From Alphaproteobacteria bacterium (GTDB lineage: Bacteria > Pseudomonadota > Alphaproteobacteria > UBA828), in the NCBI GenBank assembly GCA_965220745.1, contig CBDCQT010000011.1, positions 160,001 to 224,000 of the forward strand: a DNA stretch of 64,000 nucleotides, in the 5' to 3' direction. Within the stretch, counting starts at the first letter, position 1. Every line of letters begins with the position of its first letter. The notes below the pieces were generated by a model. The model was not told where the DNA came from. It did no database searches and was given only the letters and a program-made list of their open reading frames with translations. Below are positions 34,185 through 43,135 of the stretch, one piece after another. The translations under genes were made by a program, and so were the position numbers.

Positions 34185-34393
34185 CTCGTCTGCACAATAG
34201 TCAGTCTACGTAATATGGAGCGGTCCCGGATCACATGGGACCGTTCCTGACCTCCTGAAATTGGCGTGCGCCGTGCGATAGCGCCGAGTGCCGATTGGCC
34301 CGGAATGCTCACCATTGTCGCGGCCCGTATCGCACAGATCGTAAAATTGGTGAGAATTCCGGGCTAACCCTCTGCCCTAATCTTGCAGACGAG
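34185..34393 (+). ncRNA. Candidate structured non-coding RNA domain of unknown class (may extend to ~35075)
   Basis: Helices 34185-34194/34384-34393 (10/10), 34217-34227/34237-34247 (11 bp), 34295-34314/34348-34367 (19/20) and 34273-34280/34328-34335 (8/8). G-U pairs favour the + strand. Confidence 0.55.
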
Positions 34394-35085
34394 CAGTCGC
34401 GCGTCCTTCTCCGAACGTCCAAATGGAATTTGATACAGCGGATGCGTAAGCAAGAAATTGATCGCGGCGTAACAGGATTACCGGTCCTGCGATACCTATA
34501 GCGGAAGTGCCATTACCGCCCGGTGAGTCAGGCTGGTGGCGAGCGCAGGCGGCACGTTCGATACTTCGTGATAAGAGAAATCCACGCCAAAGATGTTGCC
34601 GATGGATTCGCTCAATTGACAGGGTTCGGGTATTGCCACTTGACTGATCACGAAAAATACAGCGGGAACCTCAGGGTATGTCACCGCCCGGCGACAGGTC
34701 AGTTACCCTAGTAGCCGCCTCAACTATTTGAACTACTTCCCAAGAACAACGTCACGATGGAGAGCTGTCTCGCAATAGGCCGAACATTGTGGGAGGACCA
34801 CTACGATATAGATTGCGACATGGGATAAGCGACTTATCGCTCGACAATCTGGTCGCATCCCTGTTTATGCGGGCATCGTGCTCGTCGTTGAGCCGAAATG
34901 GGCGCCCTTTCGGTGCTGGCCTGTGGCGCCTCGGGAGCCAACAGGGCTTCAAGAGGAGGTAAAAGCAGTCACGAACGCCGCAGCGCTGTTGGTGCACTAC
35001 CTGGGGGCCGCGCTATTCTCTCGCTTACTCGACGGGGCCGCGAGACGCGCGTCAACAGGGAGACCGCGGCCGCAAGGAGACAACG

Positions 35086-36351
35086 ATGCTCTCGATTCAG
35101 AAGGCGATACGGTCCGTCGTCGTGGGCGCGATGCTCGCGCGGGAACGCTGGCAGAGCGGCGTCACGTACAACCCGCTGTCGAGGCAGACCGCGCAAGACC
35201 CCTATCCGGTCTATGCGGCGCTGCGCGACCGCGATCCGGTGCATCGCAGCGCGCTGATGAACGCCTGGATGTTCACCCGGCACGCAGATATCGACACGAT
35301 CCTTCGTGACCATCGGCGCTTCAGCAACGACCCGCGCAAAGGCTCTCTCTCTAACCGGCAACGCGCTGGTCTACCAGCGGACGAGGAGTTCACAATGCTG
35401 TTCCTCGACCCGCCGGACCACAAGCGGCTCAGGGCGCTGGTCAACAAGGCCTTCACGCCCAAGGCGGTGAACGCGCTCGAACCTCACATCCGCAGCCTGC
35501 TCGGCTCTCTACTGGACGAGATCGATGACTCCGCCGGCTTCGACCTCATGCAGGCGGTGGCCCAACCGCTGCCCGTGATCGTGATCGCCGAGATGCTCGG
35601 CGTGCCGCCGGAGGACCGGGCGCAGTTCAAAATCTGGTCGGACCAGCGTGCACGCACCCTGGAGCCGTCGATCGATGCGCGAGAGCGCGCGCTCGCCGAT
35701 GCGGCCAACAAGTCGCTCAACGACTACTTCCGGCCGATTATCGAGGAGCGGCGCGCAGATCCCAAGGACGACATCGTGAGCGCGCTCGCGCAGGCGGAAG
35801 AGGAAGGCGACCGCCTCACCGAGCTTGAGATGCTGAACATGCTGCGCCTGCTGCTGATTGCGGGCAACGAGACCACCACCAACCTGATCGGCAACGGCGT
35901 GCTGGCGCTGCTGCGCAATCCTGATCAGATGCAGCGGCTCAGGGATGACCCGAGCTTGATTCCGTCGGCGGTGGATGAGCTGCTGCGCTTCGATTCTCCG
36001 GTGCAGACGGATTTCCGACGCGCGCTCGAGGACTGTGAAGTAAACGGCTTCCCCTTGAAAAAGCGCGACAACATCGTCCTGCTGCTCGGCGCGGCCAACC
36101 GGGACCCCGACGTGTTCGACGATCCCGACCGGCTCGATGTCGGCCGTGGAGACCGCTCACACCTGTCGTTCGGGCGCGGCATCCACCACTGCATCGGCGC
36201 CCCGCTCGCACGCCTGGAAGGGCGGGTTGTCCTCGAGATGCTGCTGGAACGCTTTTCTCAGATCAGCCTGGGCGGCGAGCAGCCACGGTTCCGCAACAGC
36301 ATCGTGCTGCGCGGCCTGGAATCCCTGCCTGTCCGCTGCGTCAAGGCTTGA
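35086..36351 (+). CDS. Cytochrome P450
   Basis: LFLDPPDH, LLIAGNETT, ELLR (ExxR), HLSFGRGIHHCIG heme motif. Confidence 0.96.
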   Translation: MLSIQKAIRSVVVGAMLARERWQSGVTYNPLSRQTAQDPYPVYAALRDRDPVHRSALMNAWMFTRHADIDTILRDHRRFSNDPRKGSLSNRQRAGLPADEEFTMLFLDPPDHKRLRALVNKAFTPKAVNALEPHIRSLLGSLLDEIDDSAGFDLMQAVAQPLPVIVIAEMLGVPPEDRAQFKIWSDQRARTLEPSIDARERALADAANKSLNDYFRPIIEERRADPKDDIVSALAQAEEEGDRLTELEMLNMLRLLLIAGNETTTNLIGNGVLALLRNPDQMQRLRDDPSLIPSAVDELLRFDSPVQTDFRRALEDCEVNGFPLKKRDNIVLLLGAANRDPDVFDDPDRLDVGRGDRSHLSFGRGIHHCIGAPLARLEGRVVLEMLLERFSQISLGGEQPRFRNSIVLRGLESLPVRCVKA

Positions 36352-36421
36352 GACAAGATTACGATACGTGACGCCGGAGTTCGGCTAACTCCGAACCGCG
36401 GCAAATCGAAAGGACAATACC

Positions 36422-37120
36422 ATGCTCGACACACCGCCGGCGCTGACCATCCGTCGCACCTTTCAGCGACCGCCCCGCGATACCATCGCCAAGCTAGAAG
36501 GCGCGCTGACCGGCCAGGTAGCCGACGCCCTTGGCGGGCTCGGCGCGCTGGACGCGTCGATCAAGCCGATTGTGGGCGCGCCGCCTTCCATGCAGGCCTT
36601 TGTGGGCCCGGCCTTCCCCTGCATGAACAGCCCGGCGGACCAGCTCGCCCTGGTCGGCGCACTTGCCTATGCAGAGTCCGGCGACGTGCTCGTGGTGGGC
36701 ACCGAGGGTTATCTCGGCACCGCCGTGATCGGCGACCTGATGGCGGGCATGCTGCTCAATAGCGGCGCCGCTGCGCTGGTCACCGACGGCGCGGTGCGAG
36801 ATACGCCGGGCATCATCGGGGTGGGCCTGCCAGTCTATTGCGCGGGCGTCAGTCCCAACTCGCCGCAACGGAACGGCCCCGGCACGGTGGGCCTCGCCAT
36901 CAGCATCGGCGGGGTCACCGTGAATCCGGGCGACGTCGTGGTGGGTGACGGGGATGGGGTCGTCGTCGTGCCCCAGGATGCGCTCGACGCCGTCATCGGC
37001 GGAGTCGAAGAAATCCGACGCCAGGAGACCGAAGTGGAGGCCAAGGTCAAAGAGGGCCTAACCTATCCCGACTCCTGGCGCGCCTACCTGGAGCCGGGGG
37101 CCGCGCACTTTGTCGACTGA
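36422..37120 (+). CDS. RraA-family / HMG aldolase-like protein
   Basis: AVIGDLM, VTDGAVRD, VNPGDVVVGDGDGVVVVP. Confidence 0.88.
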   Translation: MLDTPPALTIRRTFQRPPRDTIAKLEGALTGQVADALGGLGALDASIKPIVGAPPSMQAFVGPAFPCMNSPADQLALVGALAYAESGDVLVVGTEGYLGTAVIGDLMAGMLLNSGAAALVTDGAVRDTPGIIGVGLPVYCAGVSPNSPQRNGPGTVGLAISIGGVTVNPGDVVVGDGDGVVVVPQDALDAVIGGVEEIRRQETEVEAKVKEGLTYPDSWRAYLEPGAAHFVD

Positions 37121-37841
37121 TCCAGGCGCCGTCCGGGAACGGGCGGCGATCCTCAGGCGTGAGACGAAGGTTCTGATCTTCGACCTCTACGGCACGGTCG
37201 TCGACATGCAGGCGGGGCTGACCGAGGCCGCAACCCCCTACCTCAAGGAGAAGGGCTGGGACGGCGCGCCGCACCGCTTCGTCACCTGGTGGCGACGCAC
37301 CCATTTCGAGAATTCGATGATCGACTCTCTCTGCGATCGGGGCCACACCTCCTATCGCGAGATCAGCCACCGCGCGCTCTCATACGTGATGGATCGCTGT
37401 GGCTTTCCCTACACGCAGGAGGAGGTTGTCCAACTGGTGAGCCAGATCGAGACGCTCAAGCCCTTTCCCGAAGTGCCGGCCGCGCTGGAGAGGCTCAGGG
37501 CAGCCGGCTACATGCTCGCCATCCTTTCCAACGGCGATCGGGACATGCTGAAGGCCGCGATGTCGCACGTCGGCATCCCGTTTGACCACGTGATCTCGGT
37601 GCAGGAGGCAGGCGCCTTCAAGCCCCATTGGCGGACCTACGCCAAGGCCGCGGAGATCATGGGCGCCGACCGCACGGCCTGCGCGCTCGTCGCCAACCAC
37701 GCCTTCGATTGCATCGGCGCCAAGGCCTACGGCATGCGCACGGTCTTCATCGACCGTCGCAGCCGGCCCTTCGGCGAGACCCCGCACAGCCCTGACCTCA
37801 TCGTCGAGAACGTCACGGCCCTCGCGGCGGCGCTCGCCTGA
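37110..37841 (+). CDS. Haloacid dehalogenase type II (HAD)
   Basis: FDLYGTVVD, WWRR, LSNG, FKPH, VANHAFDCIGAK. Confidence 0.88.
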   Translation: MSTDPGAVRERAAILRRETKVLIFDLYGTVVDMQAGLTEAATPYLKEKGWDGAPHRFVTWWRRTHFENSMIDSLCDRGHTSYREISHRALSYVMDRCGFPYTQEEVVQLVSQIETLKPFPEVPAALERLRAAGYMLAILSNGDRDMLKAAMSHVGIPFDHVISVQEAGAFKPHWRTYAKAAEIMGADRTACALVANHAFDCIGAKAYGMRTVFIDRRSRPFGETPHSPDLIVENVTALAAALA

Positions 37842-37867
37842 CGCGTCGGACCCGAAGCGGCGGCGGA

Positions 37868-39478
37868 ATGCAGGCGGACTACATCGTCATCGGCTCGGGC
37901 TCTAGCGGAGCGGCGGTTGCAGCCCGCCTCGCGGAGGACCCGCGCAACCGCGTGCTACTCCTAGAAGCAGGGCCGAAGGACACCAACCCGTTCATCCACA
38001 TACCCGCCGGCTTCACCCGCCTGCTTACCCACCCGACGCTCAACTGGCGGCGGCAGTCCGAGCCGGTGCCCGGCCTCGGCGGCCGTCGTATGCCCTTCCC
38101 CTCTGGCAAGGTGCTCGGCGGCTCCAGCGCGATCAACGGCATGCTCTACATCCGCGGCCAGGCCGAGGATTATGACGCCTGGCGCGACGCCGGCAACGCA
38201 GGCTGGGGCTGGGAGGATGTGCTGCCCTACTTCCGCAAGGCCGAAGACCAGCAGCACGGGGAGAGCGAGAGCCACGGTGTCGGCGGCCCCATCGGGGTGA
38301 GCGACACGCAGCCGAGCAGTCCAGCCTCCCGGCTCTTTCTCGACGCCGCGGTGCGGAGCGGCATTCCACGCCTCGACGACCTCAACACCGGCGATCAGCA
38401 CGGCGTCGCGCTGGTCCAAGGCACGATCAGGAACGGCCGTCGCATGACCACCGCCGTGGGCTACCTGCGGCCGGCTGCTGCGCGCGAGAACCTGCGCGTC
38501 GTGACCGAGGCGCTGGTGGACCGCATCGTCGTCGAAGACGGCATCGCCACCGGCATCATTTATACCGACAAGTCTGGCGCCACCGTCACCGCGCGCGCGG
38601 AGCGCGAGGTCGTGCTCAGTGCAGGCGCCGTGGCCTCGCCCCAGATCCTGCTGCAATCGGGGATCGGCGATGCGGACCAGCTCAAGGCGCTCGGCATCGC
38701 GCCGGTCCACCACCTGCCGGGTGTGGGCGAGAATCTCCACGACCACCTGTTCGTCTTCGTGCAACCCCGGTTGAAGAAGGGGGTGCCGACCCTCAACCGG
38801 CTACTGCGCAGCCGCCCGCGGCTCGCGGCAGAGGTGCTGCGTTACGGCCTCTTTCGTACCGGCGCACTGTCGCTCACCTCTTGCGAGGTCTGCGGCTTTC
38901 TCGATTCCACGGAACGCGGCGGCCGGCCGGATATCGAGATCACCTTCCGCCCGCTCAGCTTCGACCTGTTGCCGGACGGCGGGTGGCGTCCGCACCCCTA
39001 CCCTGGCGGCACGAGCTCGGTCTGTGCCACCCGGCCCAAGAGCCGTGGCCGGGTGACGCTGGTGCAGGACGGCAACGGCGCGCGCCGGGTGACGATCCAG
39101 CCCAACTACCTCGCGCACGATGAGGACGTGATGAGCCTCGTGCGCGGCCTGCGCATCCTACGGCGCATCCTGGGGACCGAGCCTATCGCCTCTTGCGTCG
39201 TCTCCGAGCAGCGGCCGGGCCCGGATGTCGAGAGCGACGAGGCGCTGAGCCAATACGTGCGCGAAACAGCGAGCACGGTCTATCACCCGGTCGGCACCTG
39301 CAAGATGGGCAGCGATGGAATGAGCGTCGTCGACGAGCGCCTTCGGGTCCACGGCATCGCGGGTCTACGTGTTGCCGACGCCTCGATCATGCCAGCTATC
39401 CCTTCCGGCAACACCAACGCGCCCACCATCATGATCGGCGAGAAGGCGGCCGACATGATCCGCCGCTACCACAATTAG
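37868..39478 (+). CDS. GMC-family oxidoreductase
   Basis: IGSGSSG, GKVLGGSSAINGMLYIRG, VGENLHDH, YHPVGTCKMG, SGNTNAPTIMIGEK. Confidence 0.93.
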   Translation: MQADYIVIGSGSSGAAVAARLAEDPRNRVLLLEAGPKDTNPFIHIPAGFTRLLTHPTLNWRRQSEPVPGLGGRRMPFPSGKVLGGSSAINGMLYIRGQAEDYDAWRDAGNAGWGWEDVLPYFRKAEDQQHGESESHGVGGPIGVSDTQPSSPASRLFLDAAVRSGIPRLDDLNTGDQHGVALVQGTIRNGRRMTTAVGYLRPAAARENLRVVTEALVDRIVVEDGIATGIIYTDKSGATVTARAEREVVLSAGAVASPQILLQSGIGDADQLKALGIAPVHHLPGVGENLHDHLFVFVQPRLKKGVPTLNRLLRSRPRLAAEVLRYGLFRTGALSLTSCEVCGFLDSTERGGRPDIEITFRPLSFDLLPDGGWRPHPYPGGTSSVCATRPKSRGRVTLVQDGNGARRVTIQPNYLAHDEDVMSLVRGLRILRRILGTEPIASCVVSEQRPGPDVESDEALSQYVRETASTVYHPVGTCKMGSDGMSVVDERLRVHGIAGLRVADASIMPAIPSGNTNAPTIMIGEKAADMIRRYHN

Positions 39479-39573
39479 AGCAGCCGACCGGCCCTCCGTT
39501 CGGCAAGATTTGTCACAGATTTGTCTCCGCTGGCCGCCTTGCTCCGTTCTGGGCGGAGCGGCATAGTGCGCTC

Positions 39574-40155
39574 ATGGAATGGCGCCATGCAGCAGAAAGG
39601 GGAACGCACCCGGAGGCGGAAGAGCCGCCGGTCCGCGTGTGCGAGCATCCTGACTGCGACCGTAACGCCGACCACCGCGCCCCGCGGGCGCCCCACGATC
39701 TCCGCTCCTGGCGCTGGTTCTGCCTCGACCACGTGCGCGACTACAACCGCTCGTGGAACTTCTTTGCGGGCTGGAGCCAGCACGACATCGAGCGCTTTCA
39801 GCACGACGACGTGACCGGACACCGCCCCACCTGGCCGTTCTGCCAGGGCCCGGGCGGGCAGCGCCGGGAAGACCTGGAGGCGGCGTTCCACGCCTTCTCG
39901 CGCGAATGGCTGAACGGCGAGGAAGCCCCAAACGGAAAAAGGCGGACTGGCACCGAAACGATCTCCGAGGCCAGGCTCGAAGCGCTCGCCCTCTTCGACC
40001 TCGCGCCGCCCTTCGACCTCGATGCGCTCAAGCGGCGCTACAAGTCCCTGGTCAAGCGGCACCATCCCGATGCCAACGGGGGCTCTCGCGAATCCGAGGA
40101 GCTTTTGAAACACATCAATCACGCCTATAACTACCTGAAGAAGGAGTGCTCATAG
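39574..40155 (+). CDS. J-domain (DnaJ-like) protein
   Basis: CEHPDC...WFCLDHVRDYNRSWNFF, TGHRPTW, J-domain with HPD; usual neighbour of cobS. Confidence 0.88.
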   Translation: MEWRHAAERGTHPEAEEPPVRVCEHPDCDRNADHRAPRAPHDLRSWRWFCLDHVRDYNRSWNFFAGWSQHDIERFQHDDVTGHRPTWPFCQGPGGQRREDLEAAFHAFSREWLNGEEAPNGKRRTGTETISEARLEALALFDLAPPFDLDALKRRYKSLVKRHHPDANGGSRESEELLKHINHAYNYLKKECS

Positions 40156-40231
40156 ACGAAGGCGTTGTCGATCGGATTGGCGCAGGAGTGGCCGCCGATG
40201 GCGGCCTTATTCGTGCGGAGGGAAGCGCGCA

Positions 40232-41233
40232 ATGCAAACTAGTGAGGTGGGGACGGCTGTCACCAATGACGGAGTGCCGGATATCCAGGTTTCCGTCAGC
40301 CAGACTTTCGGCATCGATACCGACATGGAAGTGCCGGCGTTTTCGGAGCCCACGGACCATGTGCCGGATATCGACACCGCGTATCACTTCGACCGCGACA
40401 CCACGCTGACCATTCTTGCAGGCTTCGCGCACAACCGCCGGGTGATGATCCAGGGCTATCACGGCACCGGAAAATCCACCCACATCGAGCAAGTGGCGGC
40501 GCGCCTCAATTGGCCCTGCATCCGCATCAACCTCGACAGCCACATCAGCCGCATCGACCTGATCGGCAAAGACGCTATCGTGATTCGCGACGGGGTACAG
40601 GTGACCGAGTTTCGCGAAGGCCTGCTGCCCTGGGCGCTGCAACACCCGACGGCACTGGTCTTCGACGAGTACGATGCCGGCCGGCCGGATGTGATGTTCG
40701 TGATCCAGCGCATCCTCGAGGTCGACGGCAAACTCACTCTGCTCGACCAAAACCGGGTGGTGCGGCCGCATCCCGCCTTCCGCATCTTCTCCACCACCAA
40801 CACCGTCGGCCTCGGCGATACGACGGGCCTCTATCACGGCACGCAGCAGATCAACCAGGGCCAGATGGACCGCTGGAACCTGGTCGCGACGCTGAACTAC
40901 CTCCCCCACGACGACGAAGTGAAGATCGTGCTGTCAAAGGTGCCTTCCTACGAGAAGGAGGAGAAGCTCAAGCTGATCCACGCGATGGTCGAGGTGGCGG
41001 CGCTTTCCCGCTCGGGCTTCATGGCTGGCGACGTCTCCACCGTCATGTCGCCGCGCACGGTCATCCACTGGGCCGAGAACGCCGAGATCTTCGGCGACGT
41101 GGGCTACGCCTTCCGCACGACCTTCGTGAACAAGTGCGACGAGATGGAGCGGCCGATCATCGCCGAGTACTTCCAGCGCTGCCTCGGCATGGAGCTTCCG
41201 GAGTCGTCGGCGCCGCTGCAGCCGACCGCTTGA
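40232..41233 (+). CDS. cobS: Cobaltochelatase subunit CobS (AAA+)
   Basis: GYHGTGKSTHIEQ, FDEYDAGRPDVMFVIQR, QGQMDRW. Confidence 0.95.
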   Translation: MQTSEVGTAVTNDGVPDIQVSVSQTFGIDTDMEVPAFSEPTDHVPDIDTAYHFDRDTTLTILAGFAHNRRVMIQGYHGTGKSTHIEQVAARLNWPCIRINLDSHISRIDLIGKDAIVIRDGVQVTEFREGLLPWALQHPTALVFDEYDAGRPDVMFVIQRILEVDGKLTLLDQNRVVRPHPAFRIFSTTNTVGLGDTTGLYHGTQQINQGQMDRWNLVATLNYLPHDDEVKIVLSKVPSYEKEEKLKLIHAMVEVAALSRSGFMAGDVSTVMSPRTVIHWAENAEIFGDVGYAFRTTFVNKCDEMERPIIAEYFQRCLGMELPESSAPLQPTA

Positions 41234-41248
41234 GCCGGAGCACGCCGC

Positions 41249-43120
41249 GTGGCCCAGGAGGAAACCCCCGTCGAGACCTTCCAGCGCGCCGTCGGCTCGG
41301 CGCTGCGGGCCATTGCGGGCGAGGGGGGCGAGGAACTTCAGGTTTCCTTCGGCGCGGATCAGCCGCAAGTCGCGGGCGATCAGGTTCAGCTTCCCTTCCC
41401 CGCGCGCGATCTCAACGCGCTCGACGTGGAGCTCGTGCGCGGCTCGGCCGACGCGCTGGCGCTTCGGCTCCGCTATCACGACCAGGGCGCCCATGTGCGA
41501 GAGCAGCCGCGCGGCAAGACCGCGCGCGCGATCTACGACGCGATCGAGCAGACACGGGTTGAGGCGCTGGGCGCCGGCCGACTGGCCGGGGTGGCGGCGA
41601 ACCTCGATTCCGCGCTCGAGCAGCGCTGCCGGCGCAAGGGCTACGACCACTGCACGGCGCCGGAAGAGGTGCCGGTCGCCGAAGCGCTCGCCATGATCAT
41701 GCGCGAGAAGCTCACCGGCCGGCACCTGCCGCAGTCGGCGCGCCACATGGCCGACCTTTGGCGCCCCTGGTTCGAGACCAAGGGCGCCCGGCACACGACA
41801 CAGCTCGTGCGCGCAATTCACGACCAGGAGCAATTTTCCACGCTGTCCCGTCGCCTCATCAAGGAGCTGGATCTTCCCGACGAGGACGCCGAAGACCCGG
41901 ACGACGCCGAGGACCAGTCGAGCCCCGAGCAGACCGACGACGACGACGCGAGCCAGCCCGGCGACGCGGAGCGCGGCGACGAGATGGATGCGGACAGCGA
42001 CCGGGAGGCGGATGTCGACGCGGACGCGGATGCGGAGGCGCAGGAGGCGTCCGACGAAGACGCCGACGCCTCCATGAGCGAGGGTGAGGACGACGAGGAG
42101 GCTGGCCGCCGGCGCCTGCAGCCGGGAGGGGGACCGGGCGCCAAGGAGCCGCCCTACAAGGCGTACACCACCCAGTTCGACGAGGTCGTCAACGCCTCGG
42201 AGCTATGCGACGCCGAGGAGCTTGCCCGGCTGCGCACCCAGCTCGACCAGCAGCTCTCCCAGCTGCACGGCGTCATCAGCCGGCTCGCGAACCGGCTGCA
42301 GCGGCGCCTGCTCGCGCGCCAGACGCGGTCGTGGGAGTTCGACCTCGAAGAGGGCCTGCTGGATACCGCGCGACTCTCCCGCGTCGTCACCAACCCGCTC
42401 CATCCGCTTTCCTACAAGATGGAGAAGGAGACCTCGTTCCGGGATACGGTGGTGACGCTGCTCATCGACAATTCAGGCTCCATGCGCGGGCGGCCGATTA
42501 TGGTGGCCGCCATGAGCGGCGACATTCTGGCGCGGACGCTGGAGCGCTGCGGCGTTAAGGTAGAGATCCTGGGCTTCACCACGCGCGCCTGGAAAGGCGG
42601 CCAGTCGCGCGAGCGCTGGCTGGCGGAAGGCCGCTCGCGCAATCCGGGACGCCTCAACGACCTGCGCCACATCATCTACAAGAACGCCGACGAGCCCTGG
42701 CGCCGGGCGCGGAAGAGCCTCGGCCTCATGCTGCGCGAGGGCCTTCTCAAGGAGAACATCGACGGCGAGGCGCTGCTCTGGGCCCACGAGCGCCTGCTCG
42801 GCAGGACCGAAGAGCGGCGTATCCTAATGGTGATCTCCGACGGTGCGCCGGTCGACGACAGCACGCTCTCGGTCAACGCGCGCAACTATCTGGAGCGCCA
42901 CCTGCGCTCGGTCATCGACTGGGTGGAGACCTTCTCGCCGGTCCAATTGCTTGCCATTGGCATCGGGCACGACGTGACGCGCTACTACCGCCGCGCCGTC
43001 ACGCTGACCGATGCCGAACAGCTCGGCGGCACCATGACTGAAAAACTCGCCGAGCTCTTCGACGAGCAGCCGCGCGACGAGCGCGCCTTCGAAACCCGCC
43101 CGCGGCTCAGAAGCGCCTAG
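41249..43120 (+). CDS. cobT: Cobaltochelatase subunit CobT (vWA domain)
   Basis: RGSADALAL, acidic linker, [35 protein letters not shown]. Confidence 0.95.
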   Translation: MAQEETPVETFQRAVGSALRAIAGEGGEELQVSFGADQPQVAGDQVQLPFPARDLNALDVELVRGSADALALRLRYHDQGAHVREQPRGKTARAIYDAIEQTRVEALGAGRLAGVAANLDSALEQRCRRKGYDHCTAPEEVPVAEALAMIMREKLTGRHLPQSARHMADLWRPWFETKGARHTTQLVRAIHDQEQFSTLSRRLIKELDLPDEDAEDPDDAEDQSSPEQTDDDDASQPGDAERGDEMDADSDREADVDADADAEAQEASDEDADASMSEGEDDEEAGRRRLQPGGGPGAKEPPYKAYTTQFDEVVNASELCDAEELARLRTQLDQQLSQLHGVISRLANRLQRRLLARQTRSWEFDLEEGLLDTARLSRVVTNPLHPLSYKMEKETSFRDTVVTLLIDNSGSMRGRPIMVAAMSGDILARTLERCGVKVEILGFTTRAWKGGQSRERWLAEGRSRNPGRLNDLRHIIYKNADEPWRRARKSLGLMLREGLLKENIDGEALLWAHERLLGRTEERRILMVISDGAPVDDSTLSVNARNYLERHLRSVIDWVETFSPVQLLAIGIGHDVTRYYRRAVTLTDAEQLGGTMTEKLAELFDEQPRDERAFETRPRLRSA

Positions 43121-43135
43121 CCGCCGTCCTTCTTC

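Noticed and set aside
34185-34393. Retron msr-msd (flanking inverted repeats)
   Set aside because: No reverse transcriptase is encoded anywhere in the window.
34620-34815. Cobalamin riboswitch, group I intron or hammerhead fragments (GCCACT, CGGGAA, GATATAG, CTGATCA..GAAA)
   Set aside because: The motifs are partial or in the wrong order, and the core consensus elements are missing.
34266-34950. Group II intron (GTGCG at 34266; AGCCGAAA...TTTCGGT at 34891-34914 resembling domain V, then a bulged-A hairpin)
   Set aside because: The domain-V-like hairpin is too short and lacks the GNRA loop and AC bulge. There is no terminal AY at the expected spacing, no RT ORF and no interrupted gene, and the 10-bp closing helix spans the supposed 5' splice site.
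36375-36396. Two overlapping alternative mini-hairpins before the RraA-like gene
   Set aside because: They are only 6-7 bp each, do not cover the SD, and are compatible with chance.
39193-39573. N-terminal extension of the J-domain ORF
   Set aside because: It overlaps the GMC gene in another frame; the family-like sequence begins after ATG 39574.
41875-42100. Asp/Glu-rich low-complexity stretch in cobT
   Set aside because: An acidic linker is a normal feature of CobT.
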